NCBI GenBank assembly: GCA_002269645.1
Contig: NIVC01001826.1
Span: 1-64,000 of the forward strand
Source of the DNA: Macrostomum lignano
Lineage: Eukaryota
Length of the DNA: 64,000 nucleotides
Direction of reading: 5' to 3'
In this document: one piece after another, positions 1 through 19,611 of the stretch
Layout: every line of letters starts with the position of its first letter
Numbering within the stretch: position 1 is the first letter of the stretch
Notes under the pieces: model-generated
Told to the model about the DNA's origin: nothing
Database searches by the model: none
Seen by the model: only the letters and a program-made list of their open reading frames with translations
Translations under genes and position numbers: made by a program

Positions 1-560
1 TTGGGAAGCTACAAATCTCAAATAATGTTGGAAGCTACCAGATCCCTAAAGCTACAGATCCCTAACTTGAGGATTTGGAAGCTACAGATTCCCCAATTGA
101 GGATTTGGAAGCTACAGATCCCAACTTGAGGATTTGAAGCTACAGATCCCCAACTTGAGATTGGGAAGCTACAGATCTTAAATGATGTTGAAGCTACAGA
201 TCCCAACTTGAGGATTTGGGAAGCTACAGATCCCCAACTTGAGGATTTGGGAAGCTACAGATCCCAACTTGAGGATTTGGGAAGCTACAGATCCAAACTT
301 GAGGATTTGGGAAGCTACAGATCCCCAACTTGAGATTTGGGAAGCTACGATCTTAAATGATTGGGAAGCTACAGATCCACAACTTGAGGATTTGGGAAGC
401 TACAGATCCCAACTTGAAGATTTGGGAAGCTACAGATCCCCAACTTGAGGATTTGGGAAGCTACAGATCCCCAACTTGAGGATTTGGGAAGCTACAGATC
501 CCAACTTGAGGATTTGGGAAGCTACAGATCCCAACTTGAAGATTGGGAAGGCTACAGATC
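1..560. repeat. Minisatellite, 30-31-bp unit GAGGATTTGGGAAGCTACAGATCCC(C)AACTT
   Basis: Directly visible tandem copies, truncated by the window start. Confidence 0.95.
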
Positions 561-684
561 CCCAAATTAAGAATTGACTAAAGATCTGATTTAATTTTGA
601 GAGTCAATCAAAGCCCAACTGGGGCAAAAGCATTAGAAAAACAGACATAACTTTATCAGTATACAAAAAACTTTAATAACTTAC

Positions 685-1390
685 ATCTATAAACGGAAAA
701 TACTTGCTAGATAATCGCTGTCCACTTTCCGGCAAAGATTTATAAAACTGCATCAGCTGAAAATGATTTATTATTGCAAATGTTTAACATTACTCTTGTT
801 GATAATAAGCATTACCAATGCTAGAATTAAAGTGCATATCGATACCATTTCCAGCACGTGCTTGTATTCGCGGCCGGCCAGATCCATCAGCACTGTCTGC
901 AGCAGTTCGGCAAGGGTAGACAAGGCTGCGATGATGACGAGTCAGCGAATGCCACTTTGTACAGTCGGAGCATGGAGATCCGCTCAGTGAAATAGTACTG
1001 CCTGATCTGCGGCAGCAGACTGCAAATGCTGCTCGAGGCCGACAGTTCGAGCTGTTGCCGCAAAATCATATTTTGAGTGATCCGAGTTTATACATAGTAA
1101 ACTATGTAAATTATTATACAATTAGAAAGCTTAACTAACTCTGGAAAATGAGTTTATTCACCTTGAGATTGTCACTATCCAGATCTGGATTAGAAGCCAG
1201 AAACTCCAAGAACACGGAGTGAGCGACCTGCGCGTCGAGGTTCTAAAAATTTAAATAGAAATTGGAAGACACTGGCTAGACTTGTGACGCTGGAGTCAGA
1301 AATCTGGACTAGCAACAGGCAGGCAAGCAGGCAGGCAGGGAGGCAGGCAGGCAGACAGGCAGACAGACAGACAGACAGACAGACACACAC

Positions 1391-1477
<87 letters not shown>

Positions 1478-1498
1478 CACACAGACATACACTCAGTC

Positions 1499-1530
<32 letters not shown>

Positions 1531-1531
1531 T

Positions 1532-1601
<70 letters not shown>

Positions 1602-4600
1602 GACACACAGACAGACAGACAGACAGACAGAGACACACAGACAGACAGGACAAGGACATACAATCACTTTACGCAACCCAGTTATCTAAAACCTAAGTAA
1701 ATAATCCAAAGTCTCACAAAATTGTATAAATATTATTGAGTCATTAAATAATAATAGAAATAGACACATGCCAGACCCAGTGTCACAGTCTTGACACTGT
1801 GAGGGTTTCAACTTCCATCATAGTGGGGTGAACTAATGCTCAGTTTAAGCCCTAATTGAGCATATTTGTTAACCAAAACCAAAAAAGAAATAGCTCCATT
1901 ATTTTATTTTCTAAACTTTCTACTAAACTGCCCAGTTAGTTTAAAAGAAAACAGCAAAAACACTATAAAAAAATGAGGCAACCTACCAGGTAAGCAGAGA
2001 GTTTGCACATGAATGATTGAACTTCTGACTGTAAATTTAGCATTTTAACATCTGCCTCAATCTCTTGGTCTTGTAGTCTGAAATGAAAGCATAGTTAGGG
2101 GAATATATGAATATTAAAATGTAATGCAAAGAGTGGACAGAACCAATGACAGAGTAATGTATAATAAAACTTACTTCGCAGGTTTGTAGTACACTGGGCC
2201 TTCCTTAAGTATGTCTTTGACATCAACAACTTCATGACAGAATGTTTCCTAGATTTAATTATATAATATTTAAACAACTCAGCAATGAAGTTAATAAGTA
2301 TATAGACCTAGAAAAGCATAAAATTAGTTAAAAGAAAACACTGTTCTTACCTCGTCAAGGTGATTTCCATTCTGTTGAATAAATGTAAGCAAATGATACA
2401 TGATTTGGCTAGATGCTGGAATTATGAAAATGTAGGTTTGAAATTTGAATGATTAGTTGTATTATTATTTTTTCCCAAGGTTGACTCTAGTCTCAGTTCA
2501 TAGGACAAATTTTAAGAGTGGAAATTTTATTTTTGCTACTTATTATGTTTTTGCATAATGCCTACTAAACTCTAGATTTGAAATTTTAAAAAATATCCTT
2601 AATTTTGACCTGATACCAAAATAAAAATAATGCTAACAATAAAAATAATGCTATAATTCTAATGATCAAAAAATTCAATATAGGCCTATTACTAACTTGA
2701 CTAATATTATTACATATGTATCTATATATTATGTCAACAAGTAACATTTTTCAATACTTTTATGTATAGTAGTGCTTATTCTCATTTAGACAAGTCCTAT
2801 ACTAATAATAAAATATTTATTTACAATGCCATACTAATAATGTCACTTTATATGGTAGTCTAGGACCTATTGGTAATTATTAATAAACACTGAAAGTTGA
2901 CAGGAGAATTGCCTTATTATTCTATTAATGTACCTTTTTGCAGCCTACTTCATCAAGTGAATACTAAATTTATTAGGGAATTAATATAGGCCTAGCCATA
3001 TGTTAGCAGGTTACTCTGCTTGCTATTTATATAAAATAGACTAAAAGCAATTTAATCCTGCAAGTTGAAATTAATCATTTTATAACATGTTTTAGCATCT
3101 TCCATATACTAAAAATTTAGATCTCTTAATGTTAGTGTATATATATCAAGTATAATATATATTAATAATATTTATATTATTATAATTAATATTAATATAT
3201 GTGGTAGGGCTGCTTCTTGTAACCATTCCACTGCTGCAACTAAAAGCTGTCTCAGGGCTCTCTATTTCCTTTATTGTTTAATCTTACTTGCTGCCACCAA
3301 AGTTGTTACAGAGTTAATTTGCTATGCTCTCCTACTGATCTATACTTTTTTCTGTGTGCACTTTTGGCCTGTACTTATATCTGCTAGTAGCACATGTACT
3401 TATACTGGTAGTGTATATACTTCTATTGGTAGCATTTGTACTTCTAATATACTTTCTGGCCTGAGTGGTCTAATGGCACTATATTTCTAATTCTATGCTC
3501 CCTAGTTTACTCCTCTAGGAGAGTTTCTCTCAGTCCAAGCATTACTAGGATCAGAGGGTCACAGCTTACTTGCTGAGTATTTCGCCCTGAGGTGGGTTTC
3601 TCAAATGCTTGAGTCTGGATTTCTCTACCCTGTGATAGAATTTCTGCCTTTTAAAGGCAAATTCTCAGATTCTAAACCTGGATATCTCATTCTCTAAGAA
3701 TAGGTTGAATTCTCCCAGTCTTGGGGTTTTTTAATGCTTCTAAATAACTATTGATTTCTAAATAATTATTGATCAAGCTTTAATTTGAGATACTAGACTA
3801 GATTATAAGCCCAAAGCAAGTGGCAAGTTGTTTCTTCTCCTGCTAATAGCTTGTGTATTTATACTTCTTTTCAGTGAGTTTTAAAACAAATAAAATTCCA
3901 TAATATTTATAATATTTACAATATTACTAATATTATACTCATTAAACAAAATAGCCTAATTTCAAATGTGATACTTTCTAGGAAAATAACAAAGCCTATT
4001 TCATATATTATCATAGGCCTAATATATATATATATGTATATTTAATATATATCAAGTTAATAACAAGCTCAATATTATATAATAATTGCTTTGTTTTTCA
4101 ATTATCATCATTGAAACCTATGTACATTTAACAAATAATAATATTAGGTTTGATAAATAGAAATAGTATAAATAGGCCTACTAGATGCTAATTAGGCCTA
4201 ATTTTAAACTTTAATTATCTTGAAAATATTGCAATCACAGTGCTAGCCTTATATCTTCAAAGCTATTAGCCTTCTAGCAGACCTTCAGCCTTGAAAATCT
4301 TAACAATATGTTGCCCTAGGGCTAGGCCTACCCCATAGTCAGGAAGGTGGCCTTTTTCGTTGAAAATTCCGGTGTGCATAGGCATAGCCAAAGATATTTG
4401 GCGTACATTCGGCGTACATTTGGTCTGCCTTGCAACAGTTGGCGTACATTCAGCATATGCCATGTATGCCGCAAATATGTGGCATGATATGGGATATAAG
4501 GTTGGCATATGAGGCAGTGCTAATTCTCTATTATGTCTACCGTATATTCTTATTCAAATCTCTGCCAAAACTTTACGGTAATTTAAAATGGTCATTTTAA

Positions 4601-5988
4601 TTTTAACATCTTCAGTTAAGCAAATTAAAAAAGAATAAACTTGTTGGTATAGTACAACAACCAAACTTGTCGAATATTCGTTGCAAAGGAAGGTTTTTAC
4701 TTCATTCAGCGTCCTAATAAGCTGATAAACAATTAACTAATTGGCGTGCATGAGTGCATTACGGTAGGGCCTATATTCGGCATGCATTACGGTATATTCG
4801 GCGTACATATGGTTACATTTGGCGTACATAGGTAGCCCTGCCCGAATTTCATTCCGGCGTACACATGCCACCTTCCTGACTATGGGGCCTACCCTTTGCC
4901 TAACTATAAAAAGACCCTAGGGGGGGCCTATCCTATATTATAAAAACATAGTAAGGCCTAGGTCCAATAGCCTTTTGGCTATTGATAAATTTTTTGCATG
5001 TTGATTTCAGAAAAAAACTATGCAGAATTTTTTTACAAGTTTCTTACTCTAAAATGCACAACTTTGACAGTAATAAAAGTGCCTAAGAATGGGGATTATA
5101 AAACAAAAGAATGCTAGGCCCTATATTATCTTAATCATAGGCCTATCTTGAATAAAATTTCAATATCTAGGCCTAGCACCCAATATTACATTACATTACA
5201 ACAATGCTAGAGTTGGGGGCACTAGCACACACACAATTGCAAAAAAGAGAGGCAGGCCACAGCCCACAGGCTGCAGACCCAACAAAAGTTATGTTTATCA
5301 GTTTATGCTATATTACCTACAGAACATAAATTGCACTGCAGGAATACCACTGCCAGATTCATAGGGCCTAGTTATTAGAAAATTGGTTCCAATGGTGGAA
5401 CTCTAGGCCCGCCGCCCTAGCCATTGCAATAAATATAACGTAACAACTAGGGGCCTAATGGAATGCAATAAAAAAATTTATTAAAAGCCTAAAGACCCTA
5501 AAAGCCTAAGTAATAATAATATAGCTTTGAAAGAGTTCTAGGCAGTTAGGCATTCCTTAGGCAGCTACAGACCCAACTCCAGTGAGACAAAAAAATTAGG
5601 GGCTTTGCCCTTGGCCTTCTGGCTGGCAAACTGGGTACTGGGCCTACCAGTTCTTACATCTGAACAAACTCATCAGTAGTTAATTAAATCAAAACATTCG
5701 GTATCAGAAATATCACAAAGCACACTACGAGCATGTGTACGACATAACACTATGTGGGCCGCAGGCCTGTCATATCATATCAAGATAACTGACCATATGA
5801 TCCAGCACGTGTGCAAGGTGCAAGTCAAACCAACGTCTACGCATATTGTTCTTGGAAATCGTATTTGTTCTCGAAAGGGGGCTTTAATGTTTATTGTTTT
5901 GAATCAACTTACGTTCAGGAGGCAAAAACGTATTAAGTTGTGCAACGACAGTACAAAATGCATCACAATTTGTTTTAGTACCGGCCAT
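685..5988 (-). CDS. NUP188: Nucleoporin Nup188, 5' part (gene continues beyond the left window edge)
   Basis: Phase-compatible exons read on - strand: 5988-5913 ([25 protein letters not shown], donor gtaagt; putative first exon), 2415-2351, 2248-2175, 2077-1987, 1242-1162, 1051-956, 896-846, 756-685. Peptide ...SSQIMYHLL...[14 protein letters not shown]...[21 protein letters not shown]...[19 protein letters not shown]...LSSKY aligns by eye with the recalled Nup188 N-terminus (SSRELWTILL...RRLLEGLSYYKPP...RISKFLGLDEEQSVQLL...LKIADYYYEERTCILR...LVSKY). First exon and 59-nt intron (897-955) are less certain. Confidence 0.8.
1316..1648. repeat. (CAGG)n/(CAGA)n microsatellite in a NUP188 intron
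   Basis: Directly visible. Confidence 0.95.
4331..4887. mobile_element. Non-autonomous DNA element (MITE) with 21-bp perfect TIRs
   Basis: CCCCATAGTCAGGAAGGTGGC at 4331-4351 and its exact reverse complement at 4867-4887; CCTA on both flanks; internal GGCGTACATT subterminal repeats; a diverged copy of the left end at about 6226-6261. Confidence 0.8.
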
Positions 5989-8944
5989 AAACTGCAATAT
6001 TAGAAGTAGCGTAATTTTAAAAATAAAAGCACAATCAATTTTTTACTTGTTGTTGTTGCACAAGACAACTTAGACAGGTCAGTAGGCACCGACGTAACAA
6101 CCCTGGTCTATATTTAACTTTTAAGGAACTTAAGGAAGCTTAAGTCAATAAGCTATTAAACTAATTTTTAATTTTGCAACACACAAACACGAAGTCAAGA
6201 TTACATTTTTAGAAGAAGTCCATAGCATAGTCAGGAAGATGGCCTTTTTCGTGGAAAATTCTTGCCTAGAAAGTCGTCTAGCACTCGTGAACGTGAATCA
6301 TTAGGCCTATGCTGCCTTGCGCAGATAGTGCAGTGTGGCATATAAGGAAGAAAAGCCTATCTTACGCTATGCAGTGCCAAGTGGATAAAGAAATTATGCA
6401 ATTGTAAATCTTTGTAAAAATAATTTTTACTAATTCACGTATTTGAAAATTTAATTATTATCATATGACATAGGCCCCTATGTTTTCTCTTTAACTACTT
6501 TTCGCAAAACTAGAGGAAAGGCCTAACTCACAAATGTTAATTTCTAGGCCTAATTTAATTGTAAAACTTAATTGTAAATTGTAATGTTACTACTATATTA
6601 GGCCTAGTCTTTTTATTATAATATATATGGCATAGCTTAAAATATTTGTTATTACAACTTTGTGTGACTTTCCATTGAAGCCATAGTGTGACAGTGTCAT
6701 TTTAACATATTGCTAACTCTAACCAAAATTGATATTGTCATTGACATTATTATTAGTAATTAGTATTATTATTATTATTATTACATTTTGAATTTTGAAT
6801 TTTGCAAGTCTTATTCACCTTAATCTTAGGGTCATTTGGTCATTCTAAGTTAAGCCAGCAGCTAAGCAAATATTTAAAATTAACCCTTTAATGACAAAAG
6901 TTTTAATAAAGTACTCAATACTATTCAGTTTTCAGTAGTTTATTTGGGAGATTTGTAAAACAGTGAAAACAAAGACTGTTTTTGAACAAATTCATTCTAA
7001 GGTTCTCTATTCCAATAAGCTGCCATGGGGATAAGCTTAAAACTATCAACATGGATCTGTGTAAATAAAATTTAAATTATTAATATGGCCTATAGACTTG
7101 AATGGTGGCAGCTATTTCAATAAGCTACTATGGGGATAAGTTGGAAATTATTGACATGGATCCATGTGTGTAAAATTGTAACTATTGACATGGCCTGTAA
7201 ACTTAAATGGTGGCAGCTATTTTAATAAGCTGCCATGGAGATAAGCAAATTGATTCAATTCAACCTAGGTTGATTGAATTTGCCCTGACGACGTCTTGTG
7301 TTTGACGAAATGCGTTGGCTAGAATTAAACAAAGTTTATTTTTTATGTTTTTATTGACGTTTATTTTCCTACAACTTCTAAATTGTAATAAATGTGCAAA
7401 CCAAATAAAGAGAGCTAAAACTTTTATATTTGTTAATGCTGTTTATGGCAATATAAATATTTACTTTTAATCAAGTAGAGCACTAAGCAATCAATAAATC
7501 ATATACATGATTAGGGTGTAGGTGATAGGGCGAGTGTACAATCTAAAACAAGTATTTTACTATTGACTCATTTAGAGAATATAGACAAAAGCATATGTTT
7601 TGAAATTAGTTGCTTAGCAACATTGAATTATAACAAAATTTCATAATTTTTATAATAGGCCTATTATGACAAAGTAGTATTTCAAAAAGAATGACAATGA
7701 ACAATAATAAAAAATTAATTAATTATTTAATAATAACTTTAAAAAAACAAATAAAAACTTTAAACAAATCCCCAGCACTCTATACACTTTGTCACCAAAG
7801 TAACCTATTACCAAAATAGATGATACCAAAATGACTATCTATGAAGTAAAAGTTCCCTCCTAGAATCCTAAGATTTTGATTAGGCCTATATCCTAGGATT
7901 ATAACTACTGGGAGCACAATTGTCTAGGATTCATTTATCGTCAATATGCCTAGTAATATCTGCAGCTGAGATAGGCCTACTTATCAAGTAAAAATTATAA
8001 CCTAATCTCTATACTCTAGATCATGTAGTATATGCCTAAAAAATTGGGTATGCATTGGCTTTGAAGCCTGTACAGACTGTACAGTTAGTATGGATGACTC
8101 CTAAGAAAATGGTGTGCATATTTATTATTATGCACTTCATAGAATCATATAAAAGAGTTTAGTATTAAGTGGCAAAAAATTGAAAGAGTTCATTTTTAAG
8201 CATAAATTTAATGCTTTCTAATTTTCAAGTGCATAATAAGGCATTTAAACAAATGTTTATGAGTATTGGTTTTCTGCTATATTTAGTAAGAAAGATAAAT
8301 AATCAACAAAATTATTAACCAAAAAGGTCATTTATTATTGTAATATTGGCTTAGATTGGCTTTATAGCTTTATAGCTTTGTAAAGTTTATAATGTTAAAT
8401 CTCTGTATACATACTTTAAACTTTAACTTCCACCTATACTTAAAATTAATAATATATAAATTTATATTTATGCATATTAGTAAATTGACTTAGAAAAATA
8501 ACACTTTGACCTTTTCAGTTTTGTGCCAATAGGGCACCTGTCTTTTTAATTAAAAAACTCAGATATGTAATTGAATGATATACTATCTGGGTACAGAATC
8601 AGTCAGTCAAAATAAATAACACCCAATATATTACTGATCAATTACAGATTATTAGCTAAGTAGGCTACATATTTTCAAATATGTATACTTGACATTGATA
8701 ATGGTAATTGATTACATTGCTTACACAGGGACGGTGAAAATGTTGAGTATAGATAGAAGAAGATAGAAGATAGAAAAAATCAATTCGTCAGGTTTTTTGT
8801 GAAAAAAATGCATTTCAGTTTTCATCCTGTTTTGTTGCAAGTCGCCACTTCAGTGAGGGAGAGGAAGGGGTGAAAGAAGAAAGAGGCAGTGGCCACCGCC
8901 CTTATTTGGGGTAGCAACTGGGTGGAGTCGCACCATGCTTTAAT

Positions 8945-9900
8945 CCATCAACAATCCCCTGCATTCACGATCATCTGAATTCACAATTCTCTACATTCAC
9001 GATCCCCTGCATTCACGATCTTCTGAATTCACAATTCCCTACATTCACAATTGTCTACATTTAGAATTGTTTACATTCACGATCCCCTACATTCACGATT
9101 GTCTACATTCACGATCCCCTACATTCACGATTCCCTACATTTACGATACCCTGCATTCGCAATCCCTTGCATTCACGATCCTCTGCATTTACAATTGTCT
9201 ACATTCAGAATTGTTCACATTCACGATCCCCTACATTCACGATTGTCTACATTCACGATTGTCTACATTCACGATTGTCTACATTCACGATCCCCTACAT
9301 TCACGATTCCCTACATTTACGATACCCCGCATTCGCAATCCCCTGCATTCACGATCCCCTGCATTCACAATTGTCTACATTCACGATCCCCTACATTGAG
9401 GATACCACGCATTCGCAATCCCCTGCATTCACGATCCCCTGCATTCACAATTGTCTACATTCACAATCCCCTACATTGAGGATACCACGCATTCGCAATC
9501 CCCTGCATTCACGATCCCCTGCATTCACAATTGTCTACATTCACGATCCCCTACATTCACAATTGTCTACATTCACAATTGTCTACATTCACAATTGTCT
9601 ACATTCACAATTGTCTACATTCACGATCCCCTACATTCAGATCAGAATCCCTTACATTCAAAATCCCCAACATTCACGATCCCCTACATTCACGATACCC
9701 CACATTCACGATCCCCTGCATTCACAATTTTCTACATTCACGATCCCCTACAGTCACAGTTGTCAGCATTCACGATCCCCTACATTCAGAATTTTCTACA
9801 TTCACGATCCCCCACATTCAAAATCCCCTAGATTCACGATCCCCTGCATTCACGATTGTCTTCATTCACGATTGTCTGAATTCACAATCTTTTTGAATGC
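8945..9900. repeat. Degenerate 16-bp minisatellite ACATTCACGATCCCCT / ACATTCACAATTGTCT
   Basis: Directly visible; the source of the spurious ORFs at 9051-10102. Confidence 0.9.
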
Positions 9901-10727
9901 ACAATCCCTTAAATTCATGATCGCTAGAATTCACGATCCTCTATGTTTGCGATCCCCTACATTCGTGATCCCCTGCACTTACGGTCCCATTTATTCACAA
10001 TTCTCAACATTCGCAATCAACAACTTCAGAATCTCAAACCTTCACAGGTCCAAAGAGTTCGCTATCCCAAAATCTTCAATCTCATTGGTAATAGTTAGCT
10101 AAGCCCTTGTTAACGCACTCCGGAATAGGATGAAGTTAGTGTTAGATTGGGCCGACAAACGGCTGTCCTCCACGCTGAAAGCGCAAATGAAAATTGAAAT
10201 TTCTGGGATTTAATGAAACGATAATTTGACCGGCAATTGCCCAGGTTTTGGGCGGGGTAGCCCCCCCCCCCCTGCCCTGCATGGGTGGGGCTGCCACTGC
10301 GCATCTGCTCCAGCAGCAACCGGAGCCATTCTTTCATGCCATGCCATGCGTCTTATTTTTGCATGTTCCTTTCTTGCCCCCCCCCCCTCAACTGCTACTG
10401 CCGCCGCCGCCGCCGTTGCTGCCTCTTTCTTGCTTGAAATGCTTCTCTCCATCCTCCATCCAGCCTCTCTGCCGCACACTGCGCCCCGCCCTGTAATGCC
10501 TTGCTGTAGTTGGCGAGGCCCGAAGGCCTGAGGTCTGAACTGATGGCTAGGATGGATGGAGGGGGTTTGTGGCGTCTCCGACACGCCCCACGTCTGTCTT
10601 CCGGTGCTCCCTGTCCTGTGCGTCTTATCTCTCTCTCTCTCTCTCTTCATCTCCGTCTTCTTTTCCTGTTCTCTCTCTCTTAGATCTTGAACTCGGCTGG
10701 CTGGGTTTTCGACCCGAGCGAGCATTT

Positions 10728-10744
10728 GAGAGGGAGGGAGAGAG

Positions 10745-10798
<54 letters not shown>
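10728..10798. repeat. (GA)n tract upstream of GNB1
   Basis: Directly visible, within a GC/CT-rich low-complexity region (10250-11010) that is probably the promoter or 5' UTR. Confidence 0.85.
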
Positions 10799-11317
10799 CG
10801 AGCGGCGGTCGTCTGCGTGCGTTCAGTTGTGCCCCCGCCCCATCCCTCCTCTCCTCTCCATCTGTATCCCATCCCCCAAGGATCTGTTGTATCTTCTTTT
10901 TTCTCTCCCCCTCTCTCTTCCCCGTGTGTACACCGGCAATTCAACTGCTTCCTTATTCTGCTTTCCCCTCTTTCTCTACAGTTCTCTCTGTCCCTCTCTG
11001 TGTGTGTCTGTTCTTTAAATAAGAGCCTCTCGCGAAAGGAACTGAGACTAAGCTAGCTATCTATTTAGAAACTCTATATAGGCTAATTTATAGTTTGAGA
11101 GAGAGAGAAAAAAACGTTCAAAAATTGTTGAACAACTAACTGGTTTTTCAATACCATGCAGAGTTGATTGCAAGTATTTTTATATAAACAATTTTTTCCG
11201 TGTTTTTTCCAGCATTATTCGAAGCAAATCCTGTCTTCGATTAATTAATTTCTCTGTAATTGTTTCTTTGATCCACTACCAGTGCTAGACCAGTTGGTAT
11301 AACGCGAACTCGCAGCG

Positions 11318-17947
<6,630 letters not shown>

Positions 17948-19611
17948 ATGCTAGAGTGCAATAAAAAATTATTATTATTAATGTAACTGGCAGTTCTATC
18001 TCTACCTGTTGTTGGCATGACTGAATGAATCTGGAACAGAGATCTGACCCACCCCTCATCTCCAATCGGCCTCCCTCTCGACCCTCTCCTACTCAAATCT
18101 CTGTTGTTGCTAATTGTTGTCAAGCACCTGAGATTAGAAATGCTAGTGTTCTATTTTATTCTTATTGTAAGCTATTGTTATTGTTATGCTTTATACACTT
18201 ATCTATCATATAGTACACTTATAGAGCAATAATAATTGCAATAATAGCCTCATCAGCTGCGCTACCTGTCTGTCTTAGTAAACGGCAAGTACAGCTTCTT
18301 ACCTGTGCAATAATTATTATTATATATGGAATATTGAGTCACGTGTTTTATATATTTCTATTTATAAGCTAGTCATTGCTTTGTTTCCATTTGTTGCTTG
18401 TGTCTCTTATTAATAATGAAAGAAGTGTGTTGTGTTTTATCAATTCAAGATTTTTAACATAAAATAATGTGCATCAAACCGAAAAAAATTGTTTTAATAT
18501 TATTATTAATATTATTATAACAAACGACATTATTTAAGAGTTTTTTATTTAAAAAGCAGAAGTTTTTTCTGGCGCACTTGCACAGTTATTTGTTGTTTAT
18601 ATGATGGAGCCTCTTGGCAGAGTTGATATCTAGATATATTATATTATAATTCACAATATCTTTGATCTTTATATGTGAGCACTTTTGTTCGAGTTATTAA
18701 TAATATGATTAATATTTATTGTTATATGGAATCGAATAAAGTAGTGATAATTTAACTGCAATAACCAATCATCTCAGACTCAAATAATAATACTATGATT
18801 TATATATAACTTCAAAGTGGCTTTAGAGAGGTTAAAACTTTTCTATAGGAGTTTTTCGCACAAAGACTCTTCATTGATTTGAATTTGTTTAATTTCGCTA
18901 AATCTAAGTGTTGATTGGCCTGTCTGCATTAGTTTATACAACTGTGCGCTCTCGAATTTAATTTATTTGTTATACTATTTGACTTGGAAGCGATTTTTTA
19001 ATTTTATAATAATAGTCATAATAATGATAATTTGCACTGCACACTTATAATGGTGAAGTTTAATAACTATTATTAAAGCATGCATTGTGTTATAATGTCG
19101 GAATTACTAATGGTAACAACATTATCTTTAATAACCAGAATATTGGCCTCCTTAACCGGAGTCAAATTGACAGTTTTTGTTATGATTAATGCCACTCTTT
19201 GTTTGTGAATTTGAATTTCAATTTTATGAATGGCTGGACGCCAACAGTGGATCACTGAGACTAACAATTATCGCTTACTGAGCATGAATTATAGTTACAC
19301 AATATTGTTATTATCGCTTATCTTAAACAGGCTTTTTCACAACTGTATACCTGACATTAATTAATTCTATTCTCAAAATGGGATGAATTTTTCAATGACC
19401 AGTCGAGCCGATTTTGGTTATAAATAAAAAGAAAAAATAAAGGAATAAAATTGAGAACACTGGAAAGTTTATACCCGTGTACTTACTATAAGTCTATTGT
19501 AAATGCGATTATAAAGTTATTCACCTTGTTTGCTGGTCTTGCTCATTTTTAGATAAATTCTGCCAAAATATGAAACAGAATTATGGACAAAATTCCCTAT
19601 GTAAAGGGATG

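Noticed and set aside
846-1051. Frameshift or pseudogenisation of NUP188
   Set aside because: A 59-nt GT-AG intron (897-955) restores the frame and keeps a plausible alignment.
3200-3720. Degenerate coding-like, CpG-free segment in NUP188 intron 1
   Set aside because: All frames contain multiple stops and no recognisable domain. It is probably a deaminated TE relic, but I cannot identify it.
10210-11056. Overlapping ORFs upstream of GNB1
   Set aside because: They arise from (GA)n/(CT)n and GC-rich low-complexity promoter-type DNA.
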